DNA of 64,000 nucleotides from Squalus acanthias (taxonomy: Eukaryota): contig CM059448.1 of the NCBI GenBank assembly GCA_030390025.1, positions 19,654,001-19,718,000 of the forward strand, given 5' to 3'. Every line of letters begins with the position of its first letter. Position 1 is the stretch's first letter. The position numbers and the translations under genes were made by a program. The notes below the pieces were generated by a model. That model ran no database searches and was not told where the DNA came from. It saw only the letters and a list, made by a program, of their open reading frames with translations. Of this stretch, positions 49,389 to 63,370 are shown piece by piece.

Positions 49389-51065
49389 TTATGACCTACC
49401 TTAGTGCCGGCGACCATTCCATCTGGTCCCCGGTGGCAGTCTCCTGCTGCCCAAAATCCTGCTCCTGCTTCGCCAGCCAGGTACTGATTCCTGCCAGTCT
49501 TAAAATAAGACCCTGGAGCTAGCATCTCTCCAAACCTAATGCGATGCAGGCAATGCAAATTTGCCGCCCTACCCCTACCACCAAGCCCTACCCCCACCCC
49601 CCACCCCCTACCACCCCAATACACCAATCCCGCCTCCCATTAAGATCAACCCTGAGTATCCTGCTCCCAGTTGTAAAAGGTGGGGCATTCCTTGAGCGTG
49701 AAACTATATTTAGGATTCTTTTTTCTCTTTTTGAATTACCCAAAATTTGCTTTGCAGAAGGCCAATTGCCCGAACTAATAATTGGTTTGCACGTAAAATA
49801 ACAACTGAATACCTTAACACAATGAAGATTGTTCCAGTATTGGATAAATCCTTGTTACCCAATTGAATGGGCTATCTGTTCAAGTGGCAGGCTTGTTACA
49901 TTTACTAAGCAAACTTCCTGTTACTGTCTGGGTACTTAAAGCACAATTCTCATTGCATTCATAGTTTGGTGAAGCTCATTGGACAATTGGGGAGCAATGT
50001 AGGAATCTGAACATCAACTCGGAGAAGCAAAGGCTGGAGAAGAGTAGGGCAGGCAATAAACAGGAGCATTTTTCAGATGATGAAGCGGAATGTGAAAGTA
50101 AACAGATATGGGCAGAGGAGAGGGGTGCAGTGGGGTGTGGTGGGGTGGGGAGGGGAGATGGGCTGAAGTGACTTGCAGGCCAGAAGCTCGTTACAAGAGA
50201 GTGTGGTTGGTGGTTGAACTGGACAGACAGAGGCAGAGCTTGGAGAAGAGTGGGGCAAGACAACTGGGCAGACAGAGGCAGAGCTGGGTGGGTGACACAC
50301 TCAGAAGCTGAGGTGGAAGACAAGATGGGATGGGATGGGAGGTGGGGGTGGGGGGGGAGCGGGGTTAGGGTGTGGCAAACATTTTATGGGAGTGCTTTTC
50401 AGCGGAAAAGGTGGGGAAATGAGCGGAACAGGGCTGATGCAGCTCTCCCAAAAAGTTAGTTTTACTGGGGTAGGGACAGAAAGGAGTGGGGAAGAGAGCG
50501 TGTTTTAAAAATGGTAAAGCAACTCAGTGGCTTACGTGGTGGATTTGTAACAGTGGGTGCTATGGGGAGAGAGAGAGAAGAGGGGAGAGGGGAGGGCAAA
50601 CCTACTGTACAGAGTCCTGCAAAGACAGCTTTAATGTATGACAGTCGAATGTTGGATAGGGTTTTTCCATTATAAATGGTGACATAAAAAAAATGACTTA
50701 AATCCTGACACAGGAAGTAAGGTTATATGGACTGGAAATGCTTACCATATGCAAGACTGTTAATAGATTATTAATATGTATACCACGGTCAGTTGATGAA
50801 TATAAGTTTCATTATATGCAAGATGATGACTTAGTTGGAAGAGACACTTCAGAAACTCACCCTATAGAGCCACCTAGTGTCCAGAACATTCAGCTACATT
50901 GTGACAGTTGACATAACAAAATTGAATGAAAAACTTTGACATAACAACTTAAAATGATCAACATTGTCAGAAAAATGTGACCAAACTCTGTGACAACAGA
51001 TTTAGCGGACAGGAAATACATGATGTACAGAAATCTTTGTGTATAGATAAAATTTATAGGATTCC

Positions 51066-51437
51066 TGTGTTCAAAATCATGAGGGGTCTAAACAGAGTAG
51101 ATAGAGAGAAACTGTTCCCATTGGCGGAAGGGTGGAGAACCAAAGGACACAGATTTAAGGTGATTGGCAAAAGAACCAAAGGCGACATGAGGAATAACCT
51201 TTTTACGCAGCGAGTGGTTAGGATCTGGAATGCACTGCCTGAAAGGGTGGTGGAGGCAGACTCAATCATGGCTTTCAAAAGGGAATTGGATAAGAGCCTG
51301 AAGGAAATAAAATTGCAGGGTTACGGGGGAAGGGCGGGGGAGTGGGACTAGCTGAAGTGCTCTTGCAGAGAGCCGGCACAGGCTCAACAGGCCGAATGGC
51401 CTCCTTCTGTGCTGTAATCATTCTATGATTCTATGAT
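51066..51437 (+). mobile_element. CR1 LINE 3' fragment
   Basis: VFKIMRG..FTQRVVRIWNALP; tail ttctatgattctatga. Confidence 0.92.
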
Positions 51438-52945
51438 TCCTGATTAATTTTTATCATCGCTTTAAAAAAATTATTATTTACTGTACTGGTAAAAGGTGTT
51501 TATCAGGATTCAGCTATGTTGACTACCATTTAATTTACTTATTATAGCTGAAACATTTGAGTAGTTTGTCAATTTTAAATTAAAACAAATTTGTTCTTTA
51601 TTTTTATCTACACATTTCAACTTAAATATAACTCTCTAGGTTGTTATATTTTTTACCAGAGCACTACAGGTCTCTAGATTATGTGCTTAATGCCCACAGC
51701 AAATGTTTTCTGCTTGGGGCTTTCTCTTGTCACTGTCATTAGTCTATAGGCAACATAACTGAAGCAGATTATTCCCGAGGATAGCAGAGCCTGTAAATTC
51801 ATGGATCAGTGAAGATTGAGTCGCAGGCTATTTTTCCTTGTGCAGTCTGTAAAGCAGATTAGAGGCTCTGAGCAGACATGGCTCCGTGTGGCGAAATGCC
51901 ACCTATTCATTTTATTCCACAAGGGGTTGTGTTCTGCAGCTCTGTGCCTATAATCTTATTTGATGGGACAGATGATGTTCAACCTGGCCACATATCTGAG
52001 CTATTAATTGGACGAATTACTGCTGCACAGAGTAAAAGGGCAACAAACGTGCTCTGCTCTTTATAGGCAGGGACGGGTAATGGAGCAGAAATATGAGGCA
52101 TAAGCAGCTGTGTCACTCAACCTGGCAAAAAAAATATGTATTGCTCAATGACTATCAGGACAACTGGCAGATTGAGTCATTAGGCCATTCAAAACACAAA
52201 TTTGGATTGTGTTCTTTTTCAGTGATTGCTCGACCCTGAGAAGATCTGCCTGCCAGTCCACTGGTGCTGGGCTTATTCTCTGAGAAGCTGGTGATTTGTA
52301 AAATGGCAGACCGAATGGTCTTTATGAGAGCAGTGAATCCCCTATCAGTGCTTCTCTCAAGGCAGGCCCCAAAGACCTCCAGGGCAACAGCACGAGCTGC
52401 CACTAGGGAAGCTGAATTGTTCTCGAGGCCTCATTCATAGGGGTGGGTTCGGCAAGCCTTCATGGAGCTCCCACCTTGTCCCAAGACATGCTGCCGTGAC
52501 GAAAAACCCCACCCTATTGATGCTGCACATGCTGCCAGTGGACTCCTCCAAGTGGCCAGACAGATGCAGCACATTCTGGGAGACAGCCCACAGTACTTGC
52601 CTATGGGTGCAGTGATCCATTGGCATGCCTTTGTTTGAAAGTAGGTCCCACAAGATCTGTTTCCCAAAGCTCTGCAAGCAAAGTGTGATGTCTCTGGACC
52701 CTGCGATCCAATGTAACATCATTATCTTCATCCATCCCCTTCCTCCTGACCAATTGTGCACTTTGTATCACCCGATGCTCTCCCTTCCTGATCACTATCC
52801 TGACGCTCCTAGGTGCTTGTCTCTGGGATCATGCTGTGGGTAGAGTGGCAGCTGGAGTGGGTTAGTTCCTCTTCCTCCAATGCATCAGGCTCATCAATAG
52901 CTATTCCATTCTAAGCTTTGCCAAAAGCAGAGAATATAAGCCAAT

Positions 52946-53585
52946 TGGTCAGAAATTCGGCTCCCTGGCTTCCTGCGGGTGCAAGGATCGCGCGCGCACC
53001 TACCTACCGCGCCTGCCGTTGACCTCTGGGCCCACGGGGACTTCAGCTCCTGGGCCTCCTGCAGGAAGACCTGTCAAATCTATGAATTGAAATCGGCCCC
53101 AAAACAACACCTAAACTTCAAATAAATTTTTTAAAAAATCACATTTTTAAAATAACTATAAGTTAAATAAATTAACTACTTTAAACAAAATTTAAATTTT
53201 TGAAAAAATTAAAATACTTTTTAACAGTGCTAAAAATAAACTTACCTTTCTTTAAAGTATCTAAAAAGATAAACCTGTTGAAAAAAATTTAAAACTGTAA
53301 TTAATTAACCACTTACCTTGTTAAAACGGGTCTTGCGCCTCCTTTTTAAAAGCGCAGCTTCTTCAATACTTACCCTCCCGGAGAAACCTGAAAAAAAACC
53401 TAAGTTCGCTGCGTGCGCGCAGCCTCTACCGCGCACGCGGTTCACCTATGAACCGCTCCCTTCACGAGACCGGAAGTTCCGGTTTCCCGCGCATGCACAG
53501 TGCATGCAGAAAACCGGCACTTCAGGAGGCCTTACGGGTGAGTACACAGCGCGTACTCACCCGGCAAGTGCCGAATTTTTGGCCC
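52946..53585 (+). mobile_element. Harbinger-type MITE family B with internal deletion
   Basis: TSD AAT; near-identical to 23310-24073 except a deletion at about 53060. Confidence 0.9.
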
Positions 53586-53658
53586 AATGTGTCTAAACAG
53601 ATGGTGGTGGGGAGATTTTATTTTACATGGAGCAGGGAGATTCCTCCTGAAATTCTTA

Positions 53659-54385
53659 GGGGGAGAAATTCAGTTGGTTAGCACCTCCCGTTATTGCCTC
53701 CGGGGGGCGATAACGGGGTGCTAACGACTTACTGACCGGGCGCGGCGAGATGAACTAACTTGGCCGAGAGGTTTGCGGTGGTGGTAACACTTTGCGCCAC
53801 GATCTCCTGCACCTGGAGATCGTGACATCATTGCCGAGCGCATCGCCCCGGTAGCACCCCGGACCTGAACTTCGGTTCCGCCCCCTGCAGCATCGCCGGA
53901 CGAAAATACCGGCCGCTGCAAGAGGCGTTGTTCGGGAGGCCGGGAGCTTCAGCAGCGCAAATAAAAGGGGATGTTAGCGCGGGTAGGAGAAAAATGTTAA
54001 CAACGCTTCAAGTGATTTTTTTCCATTGCTCCTGGGCCGCGATCGATCAGCCCGGATACTCTGCTGGAGGGCATGGGGCTGATCGGGCTGGCTCGCGGCT
54101 GCCGTCGGGGACCAGCTCACTGGTCCCAATGCAGAGCCTGCAGCGATGGCCCTTCCCTTTAAAGGAGGGAAGGAGCCTCGGATTGTGCAGCGCTGCACGG
54201 GACACCTGCCTGCGTCCTTTAGCGCTCCAGGAAGCAAGTGGAGTGCTTGACTTAGTGCTCCACTTCCTTCCTGAAGCACAAACACTGAATTTTGAAAAAG
54301 CTGGGAATCATTAGCGCCTGGCGCTAAGTTTCCCAGCTTTCAAAGGTTAGCGCCCCCAAACGGGGCGATACTGAATTTCTCCCCC
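53659..54385 (-). mobile_element. Harbinger MITE with family C termini
   Basis: TIR gggggagaaattcag / ctgaatttctccccc, TSD TTA/CTA. Confidence 0.85.
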
Positions 54386-54897
54386 CTAAGTGTGTTCTTT
54401 ATATTCGTGGTTAGAATTTGGAAAATTTCCCTCTGAGGTGCTTCTTTATTTCCTGTAGCTTAGGTGTCTCTTGTGAGGAGACACATCCATTAATGCAGAA
54501 TAGAACTTGTTAATTAGAATGACGAGGTATTTAACATGGGAGCCCAAGGCAGCTGTTACCTCAGCAACTTTTCTGAAGGAAGCGACGATTCGGGGCAGAG
54601 GAGAGCCAGGTTTACCGATCCGGCAACAGAAGCCCTACTTCTAGATAGAGGAAGGACACACTCTATGAGGGGAATTTTAACTTAACCAACCTGGCAGAAA
54701 ACTGACAGGATCAGGTCGGCCGCCCAATTATATTCTCCGTTGGAGAGTAAAATCGTGTGGGGTGTGTAAGACAAGCGGCCAACTCGATCCTCTCGGTTTC
54801 CCATCAAGTTGGCTAAACTTAGCTCCTATGTGACAGATTGTCACCAGTCCCATAAGTGCCTGGAGCGCCAGATATGGTAGAAAACCGCTGAAGGGAT

Positions 54898-57800
54898 CAT
54901 AAGAACGTAAGAACATAAGAAACAGGAGCAGGAGTCGGCCATTTGGCCCTTCGTGCCTGCTCCACCATTCAGTAAGATCATGGCTGATTTTCTACCTCAT
55001 CTCCACTTTCCTGCACTATCCCCCATATCCCTTGATTACCTTAATAGGTAAAAATCTATCAATCTCTGTCTTGAATATACTCACGACTGAGCCTCCACAG
55101 CCCTCTGGGGTAGAGAATTCCAAAGATTCACCACCCTCTGAGTGAAGAAATTTCTCCTCATCTCAGTCCTAAATGGCCGACCCCTTATTCTGAGACTGTG
55201 ACCCCTGGTTCTAAACTCCCCAGCCAGGGAAAACATCCTCCCTGCATCTACCCTGTCAAGCCCTGTGAGAATTTTGTATGTTTCAATGAGATCACCTCTC
55301 ATTCTTCTAAACTCTAGAGAATATAGGCCTAGTCTACTCAATCTCTCCACATAGGACAATCCCCCCATCCCAGGAATCAGTCTGGTGAACCTTCGTTGCA
55401 CTCCCTCTATGGCAAGTATATCCTTCCTTAGGTAAGGAGACCAAAACTGTACACAATACTCCAGGTGTGGTGTCACCAGGGCCCTATATAATTGCAGTAA
55501 GACATCTTTACCCTTATACTCAAATCTTCTTGTAATAAAGGCCAACATACCATTTGATTTCCTAATTGCTTGCTGTACCTGCATGTTAACTTTCAGTGAT
55601 TCGTGTACAAGGGCACCCAGGTCCCTCTGAACACCAACATTTCCCAATCTCTCACAATTTAAAAAATACTCTGCTTTTCTATTTTTCCTACCAAAGTGGA
55701 TAACTTCACATTTCTCCACATTATATTCCATTTGCCATGATCTTGCCCACTCAGTTAGCCTGTCTATATCCCCTTGAAGACTCCTTGCATCCTCCTCACA
55801 ACTTACATTCCCACCCAGCTTTGTATCATCAGCAAACTTGGATATTACATTTGGTCAAGCACTGATCCTTGCGGTACCCCACTAGTTACAGCCTGCCAAC
55901 CCGAAAATCACCTGTTTATTCCTACTCTCTGTTTTCTGTCCGTTAACCAATCCTCAATCCATGCTAGTATATTACCCTCAATCCCATGAGCCCTAATTTT
56001 GTTTAATAACCTCTTGTGTGGCACCTTATCGAATGCCTTCTGAAAATCCAAATACACCACATCCACTGGTTCCCCCTTATCTATTCTGCTAGTTACAACC
56101 TCAAAAAACTCTAACAGATTCGTCAAACATGATTTCCCTTTCATAAATCCATGTTGACTCTGCCCAATCCTATTATTATTTTCTAAGTGCCCTGTTACCA
56201 CGTCCTTAATAATAGATTCTAGCATTTTCCCGACTACTGATGTCAGGCTAACTGGTCTGTTCCCCGTTTTCTCTCTCCCTCCTTTCTTAAATAGTGGGAT
56301 TACATTTGCTACCTTCCAATCCGCGGGAACCGTTCTAGAATCTATGGAATTTTGGAAAATGACAACCAATGCATCCACTATCTCTATAGCCACCTCTTTC
56401 TACCTCTTTGCACCCTAGATGTAGGACATCAGGTCATGGGGATTTATCGGCTTTCTGTCCCATTTATTTCTCCAGTACTATTTTTTTACTAATCCTAATT
56501 CTTTCAGTTCCTCATTCTCGCTAGACCCTTGGTTCTCCACTATTTCCGTGAAGTTTTTTGCATCTTCTTCCATGAAGACAGTCACAAAGACCACGATTTT
56601 GCGTTCGGTGTCGGGATGGGTGCGGGTCAGCTGGTTTCCGGGTTCCGGTCCCGCCCCCAGCTGCCTCCGCTCCACAGACGTGATTTTCCCTTGATTGATC
56701 TTGGTAAGCTGCGGGCTTACCGGCCAATTAACAGGAAGCGGGTCTGATGACGTCATTTGATGACGCATCATCTGCTGGTTTCCTTAAAGGGACCATGCAC
56801 AATTTTATTTTGATAGTTAATTTCTCAGTGTTTAACAGCATTGAGGTGCTGAAAACACTAACAATCACTGCACAAAGGTGAACTCTTGCACCCAGGCTCT
56901 CAATGACTCCCTCCATCTGCTGGAATAGATGGCATCTGCAGGTGAAATGACAGAAGCGATCTGTCACTGGTGAGAGAGGTTCTCCCAATGAGGTGGCACT
57001 GGACATATAGTTGGATTTAAAAACTTGTAAGCTAAAGAAATCTGTATATGCGTTAAAAATGCAGTAACCAACATTTTCTTTGCTCTGAAACTCACCATCT
57101 ACAACATTGCATCCTTCACACCACTTCTGCAGCTGTCATCTTTTCACAAACATTACACCAGACTCACAACATGCCACACTTACCTGGCGTGGTGTCCGGA
57201 AGTCGTGAAACCCGACACAGAAGCAGGAAAATCGAAAAACAGGCTGAACACTACTGACAAGTACCTATTAATAGGCAGGTAATTGCCATTAATCCATTTT
57301 CCGCCGCTAGGTGTCGGGTCCATTCACAAATCGGGGACCCGACACTTGGAAAGGCTATTTGGAGGCAGGTTGATGGCGGGTTTAGGAAAATCGCGACCAA
57401 AGTATTTGTTTAATTTCTCAGCCATTTCCTTATTCCCCATTATAATTTATCCTGTCTCAGCCTGTAAGGGACCCACATTTATTTTCGCCAATCTTTTCCT
57501 TTTTACATACCTATAGAAGTTTTTACAGTCTTTTTTTATGTCTCTCACTAGTTTACTCTCATATTCTATTTTCCCTTACTTTATCAATTTCTTGGTCCTC
57601 CTTTGCTGAATTCTAAAATCCTCCCAATCCTTAGGCTTACTACTCTTTTGGCAACATTTCCTTTGATCTAATACCATCTTTAACTTCTCTTGTTAGCCAG
57701 GTTAGACCACTTTTCCTGTGGGGTTTTTGTGCCTTAAAGGAATGTATACTTGTTGTAAATTATGTATTAATTCTTTAAATGCTAGCCATCGCTTGTCTAC

Positions 57801-59680
57801 TGTCATACCTGTTAATGTAGTTTCCCAATCTACCTTAGCCAACTCGCCCCTCATACTTACATAGTTTGCTTTGTTTAGATTTAAGACCCTAGTTTCAGAT
57901 TTAACTAAATCACTTTCAAACTCAATGTAAAATTCCATCATATTATGGTCACTCTTCCCGAAAGGCCCCTTTACTACAAGGTTATTAATTAACCCTTTCT
58001 CATTGCACAATACTTGATCCAAAATAGCCTGTTCCCTAGTTGGTTCCTCAACATACTGATCTAGAAAACTATCTTGCATACATTCCATGAATTTATCCTT
58101 CACACTATTACTGAAAATGTGGTTTGCCAAGTCTATATGTAGGTTAAGGTCCCCCATGATTACTTTATTACCCTTGTTACATGCGCCTCTAATTTCCTGA
58201 TTTACACTCTGCCCTACATTAGAACTATTGTTTGGGGGCCTGTAAACAACTCTCAACAATGTTTTCTGCCCCTTGCTGTTTCTTAGCTCCACCCAAACCG
58301 ATTCTACTTCTTCAAAAACAAAATACTGCGGATGCTGGAAATCTACTTCTTGATTTTTGGAGCTAAGATCCTTTCTCTCTACTGTCTTTATCCCATCCTT
58401 TATTATCAGGGCTACCCCTCCTCCTTTTCCATTTTGCCTATCTCTTTTAAAAGTTAAGTATCCTGTTTATTTAGTTCCCAACCTTGGCCACTTTGCAGCC
58501 ACATCTCCGTTATGGCGATTAGATCAAACCTGTTCATTTCTATCTGCACTATTAATTAGTCTACTTTGTTGCGAATGCTTCACACATTCAGATATAGTGC
58601 CTTTAGCTTTGACTTATTTCTATTTTTCCCTGATGTCACCTTAGTCATTGATGCCTTATTACCTTTGTTGCTCTCTCTGTCGCTTCCTGACCCACTCTGC
58701 TTATTTTTACCCAAAACTCTACTCTGCTCTAGAACCTTGACATTTCTCTCGCTGCTTTTAAATTTACTCTTTCCTGAATCCTCCCACCCCTCCCCCCCCA
58801 CCCCTTCATTCGTTTAAAGCCTTGTCTACTGCCCTAGTTATTCGGTTCGCCAGGACACTGGTCCCAGCCCGGTTTAAGTGGAGTCAGTCCCAACGGAACA
58901 GCTCCCTCTTTCCCCAGTACTGGTGCCAGTGCCCCATGAACTGAAACCCCTTCCTCCCACACCACTCTTTGAGCCACGCATTTAAACCTCTAATCTGTTT
59001 GTCCCTATGCCAATTTGCGCGTGGCTCAGGTAACAATCCAGTGATTATTACCTTTGAGGTTCTGCTTTTTAATTTGGATCCTAGCTCCTCAAACTCCCTC
59101 TGCAGAACCTCATTCCTAGTTCTACCTATGTTGTTGGTTCCTACGTGGACCACGACATATGGATCCTCCCCCTCCCACTCCAAGTTCTTCTCCAGCCGCG
59201 AGGAGATGTCTTTAACCCTGGCACTGGGCAGGCAACACAACCTTCAGAACTCTCGGTCGCGGCTGCAGAGAACAGTATCTATCTCCCTGACTATACTGTC
59301 CCCAACACAACTACATTCCCTTTCACTCCCCCCACTTGAATGGCCTCCTGCACCATGGTGCCATGGTCAGCTTGCTTATCCATCCTGCAGGCTTTTCCCT
59401 CATCCACATAGGCAGCAAGAACCTCATACCTGTTGGATAAGGGCAAAGGCTGAGACTCCAACAGCACTGCACCTGGGGTCCCCTTACCTGCCTGAGTTGC
59501 AGTCACACCCTCCTATCCCTGACCACTAATCAGACCTGTACCACTACCTAACCTAAGGGGTGTGACTGCCTCCTGGATCAAAGTGTCCAGGTAACTCTCC
59601 CCATCCCTGATGCCCCGCAATGTCTGCACCTCAGACTCCAGTTCAAAAACTCTGAGCTGAAGTTCCTCAAGATGCAGTGC
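54898..59680 (-). mobile_element. Near full-length CR1 LINE (ORF1 SGNH esterase, ORF2 APE-RT), decayed
   Basis: ORF1 VVVHVGTNN at 58884-59240; APE VYRPP, MGDLN, SDH at 57702-58292; RT 55081-56393; tail (ttcttatg)n. Confidence 0.95.
56589..57398 (+). mobile_element. Harbinger MITE nested in CR1, short relative of 15478-17998
   Basis: TIR gaccacgatttt / aaaatcgcgacc, TSD AAA. Confidence 0.88.
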
Positions 59681-59683
59681 TCA

Positions 59684-59915
59684 ACATAGAAATTTACAGC
59701 ACGGAAGGAGGCCATTCGGCCCATCGTGTCTGCGACAGTCGATAAAGAGCCATCCGGCCTAATCCCACCTGCCAGCTCTTGGTCCGTAGCCTTGTAGGCC
59801 ACGGCACCTCAAGTGCACATCCAAGTTCTTTTTGAATGTGGTGAGAGTTTCTTCCTCTACCACCCTTTCAGGCAATGAGTTCCAGATGCCCACCAACCTC
59901 TGGGTGAAAAAATTG
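59684..59915 (-). mobile_element. CR1 3' end fragment
   Basis: ggaggccattcggccc 3' UTR motif and accaccctttcaggc..ttccag. Confidence 0.8.
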
Positions 59916-60600
59916 CTGTATTCTGAATATCCAGGACATAAAAGGATATCAGGAAGAAAATGTCAGACTCAAAGCAATGTGCTAAGGGATGCTAGCTATA
60001 CTGTTTTGTACAACTAGCACTTGCCACATGTGAGCGTGTAAGAAATTTATCTCTGTCAACATTTGAAATGGCTGCTTCAAGAGAGGTCGACTGAAAAATT
60101 ACACTCTTTATTGCTGGATGGTCCTCTTCTATAATAGGGCCATCTTTCATTGTAGGGCCTCCAATGTCTGATCTATGAATGGGGCCATTCTACTTCAAGC
60201 CATTTTTCCCCCCATTAAAACTCAGGCACAACTTAAATGGTGGCCAGCAACCTTTTAAAATCTGCTGGCCCTGGATGAGCCACCTGGCAGCCTTGGTGCA
60301 CTCCCAGCAGGTCATGTGCTTAGCACCAGGGTGCTGTCAACATATTTAAATTGTGGTGTGAGGTCAGCCTCTTGCCCTCCCACGCATCATCACATTATCC
60401 ATCCCTTTATTTTGAATGCACTGTTCTGAGAATACTTTGATCGTACTTCAGGTAGTATTGTGTCAAGTTTTAAATATCTCCCTTAAATCCTGAAGGCTAT
60501 CCGTTCTTGTGCGCACATCTTGACTAATGTGTTAATGACACTCTAAAGGGTGTTGTCTGACATTGGCAAGGTGGATTGATTAACAAGTATTAACCTAGTA

Positions 60601-60955
60601 CAGGAAACTCTCGTTTAAACGGCACCTAAATATCCGGAACTCTCTAATAACCGGCAGAATTCATACTCCGAAAACTACAGTATACAGTCGTTTATAAGTT
60701 TTGTTTTACTGTTAAGTAATTAAAGAGTTATGGATTACCCTCAACTGGCATTACTGTACTTAATCAAGCATCTTCCACCATCCATTTAACACAACATTCT
60801 GTAGGGGAGTACCCAATTATACTGCACATTTCTTGATTTTTTTATTTTTGTTTGTTAAAAATAGCCTTGTTAGATATACCTCTCCCTTATCCGGAATTTT
60901 TAATCAACCGGCACCATCCCGGTCCCGTCGGTGCCGGATACCAAAGAGTTTCCTG
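60601..60955. mobile_element. Tigger/pogo-like MITE
   Basis: TA|caggaaactct ... agagtttcctg|TA. Confidence 0.85.
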
Positions 60956-61439
60956 TAGTACTGTCTTTGGGGAAATCTCTTACAAACTTAATTCCATATT
61001 CCTTAACAGGAGATGTGCTCCCCACTTCCATAGACCAGCAACATAACCTCTGACTGACCACGAACGGAACCATGGGAGATGTGTTAATAGTATCCACAAA
61101 CGAGTAAGTTTCAGCTGAATTATGCAGAAGTTCATCTATCAGTAAACAGACAAGTGAACAGGCTGCACATGTGATGTGTTAGCCTTGGAGTAGGGTGTAA
61201 TTTCTACTGATCTGTTGTACAACAAGACTAATGACCCTGGCACACAGCTTCATCGTTGTATCGAATAGAAGATAAATGACTAATTCGGTAACGCGAGAAA
61301 CGGGGGTGCAAAGTCTGTGCGATATAGAATCTTGAAATTACTGCTGTGTAGCCTTCCAATAGTGCATTGTTCGGGCGAGCAGTCATGGTCATTTTTAGGC
61401 TTGTGTGTTAAATAAGAAACCTTGTGAAATCTATCTTTA

Positions 61440-61995
61440 AAAAAAAAAGAAATGCTGGGAATACTCAGCAGGCCAGGCAGCATCTGTGGAGAGAGAAACA
61501 AGAGTTGACGATCCTGAAACGTGAACTCTGTTTCTCTCTCCACAGATGCTGCCTGACCTGCTGAGTATTTCCAGCATTTTCTGTTTTTATGTCCTCTTGA
61601 AATTTGTTACTAACCTCCTCATTGTTTACTACATTTATGAGTTTCTCGTCATCTGCAAACTTTCAAATGATGCCCTGTATACCCAAGTCCAGGTCATTGA
61701 TATATATCAAAAAGAGCAGTAGTTGCAACACCAACCCCTGGGGAACACCACTGTATACCTCCCTCCAGCCTGAAAAACAACCGTTCACCACTACTCTCTG
61801 CTTTCTGTCCCTTAAGGTTTCAGGTCAATGACCTTCCGTCAGAACTGGTCAATTCCCCAGTTCTGACGAAGGGTCATTGACCTGAAACGTTAACTCTGTT
61901 TCTCTCTCCACGGATGCTGCCTGACCTGCCGAGTATTTCCAGCATTTTCTGTTTTTATTTCAGATTTCCAGCATCCGCAGTATTTTGCTTTTGTG
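61440..61995. mobile_element. Inverted Penelope-like termini with a CR1 fragment (61600-61812) between them
   Basis: Palindromic terminal repeat at 61445-61590; opposed hammerhead motifs at 61817-61848 and 61859-61895. Confidence 0.8.
61859..61895 (+). ncRNA. Minimal type I hammerhead ribozyme motif
   Basis: AGTT-CTGACGA-A-GGGTC att GACCT-GAAA-CGTT-AACT. Confidence 0.8.
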
Positions 61996-62147
61996 TCATT
62001 TTAAACGGTTACATATGTAAATGTTGGGATTATTGTATTATTTTTTTTTTAAAACTTTCGCCAGATTCATGTTTATGTTTTCTTCAGGGTGGCACCATTA
62101 TAGTTGGATATGTTTAAAAATTCACATTGCCCAAGGTTTCTATTATA

Positions 62148-62571
62148 CAGGAAACTTTTGTTTATCCGGCACCCAAATATCCGGAATTCTCGCTTAACGG
62201 CAAAAATCATCCTCCGAAAACTCCTCTCAAATAACCGGCAATGTTGCCGAGTTGCAGTCAAGTCTCCGCGAACGCCGAGTGCTCCGAAAAATCCTCTCAA
62301 ATAACCGGCAATGTTGCCGATCCAGAGTCCGAGTCCGAGTCCGCGAACGCCGATTTAGTCAGTAGGGGTACTTTTCAAAAGTACCACTACTCGGCCTCCT
62401 GGCGCTGTCGCAAGTCCGAAACATTGCAGTAGCATGAGTAGATTCGCCCGTGCTGCTTGGAGTCTCTTTGTTAAAAATAGCCTCGGTAGATATAACTCTC
62501 TGTTATCCGGTACTTTCGATAAACCGGCACCACGCCGGTCCCGTCGATGCCGGATAAACGAAAGTTTCCTG
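62148..62571. mobile_element. Tigger/pogo-like MITE with the same termini as 60601-60955
   Basis: TA|caggaaacttt ... aaagtttcctg|TA; internal direct repeat cctctcaaataaccggcaatgttgccga. Confidence 0.85.
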
Positions 62572-63370
62572 TACTGAGTGTGACTCTGTGCCATTATACT
62601 TGTGGATGCCAGGAAGTGACAGCAGCCTGTTGTGATATTCATGAAGTGATGTGAAAGGCAAGGACTACTTTGTGAAGCAGAAAATAGCTCAACACCATTC
62701 ATCAGACGTCATCCTTAACATATAGTTTATTATTGAACACTCTCACAAATACGTAAAATTAATGCTCATTTTCTGAGGTTTTTCTGTTTCCATATCAAAT
62801 CATAAGGAGTGATCTTGGCTATCTTGGGAGAGTACAAAGCAGAGAAGAACTGCAGTCTTGCTTGTCACATGGAAGTAACATCATAATGTTTGTCCGGTTT
62901 GCATTGTTTTTGTTGAGCAAAGTGAAAGCTGTCAGTACTGGAAAATGGGTAATTTTTCCACTTTTGGCACCCAATGTCAGCATCGAGCACTCAAAGAGCA
63001 GGTACAGTAAAGCTGATGCAGAATGAAGCTTTGCTCAATAATTCCAACTTTAGTACCTCACTTCACCAATATGGATTTTCTATTTTCCATATGGTCATGG
63101 AGAGTGAGATCTCCAGTTATCGCTAATTTGTGCTTAATTTGGACAAGACTCAGCAGGAACTGGGATTCAGACTGTTCAAACTCATTTTTCATAAAAAACC
63201 TTCCAGCCAGCGCAAAAGAGGCCAGGCTAAATGGGAATGTAACATTCCTCATGAATTTAGGGGCAGATAGTGCAGTGGATCTTGGGCAGAAATGCACTGG
63301 CCACTGGTGACACTTGTGCTTTGAGAAGCTGACACTGCCCGATAATGTGAGATCAGTAAAGTCACAAATA

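Noticed and set aside
48609-49627. Pro-rich and Gly-rich ORFs (extensin-like)
   Set aside because: Open in many frames on both strands because the minisatellite lacks stop codons
52380-52900. Possible decayed Harbinger internal region
   Set aside because: Only vague resemblance to a transposase C-terminus; no alignable motif or TIR
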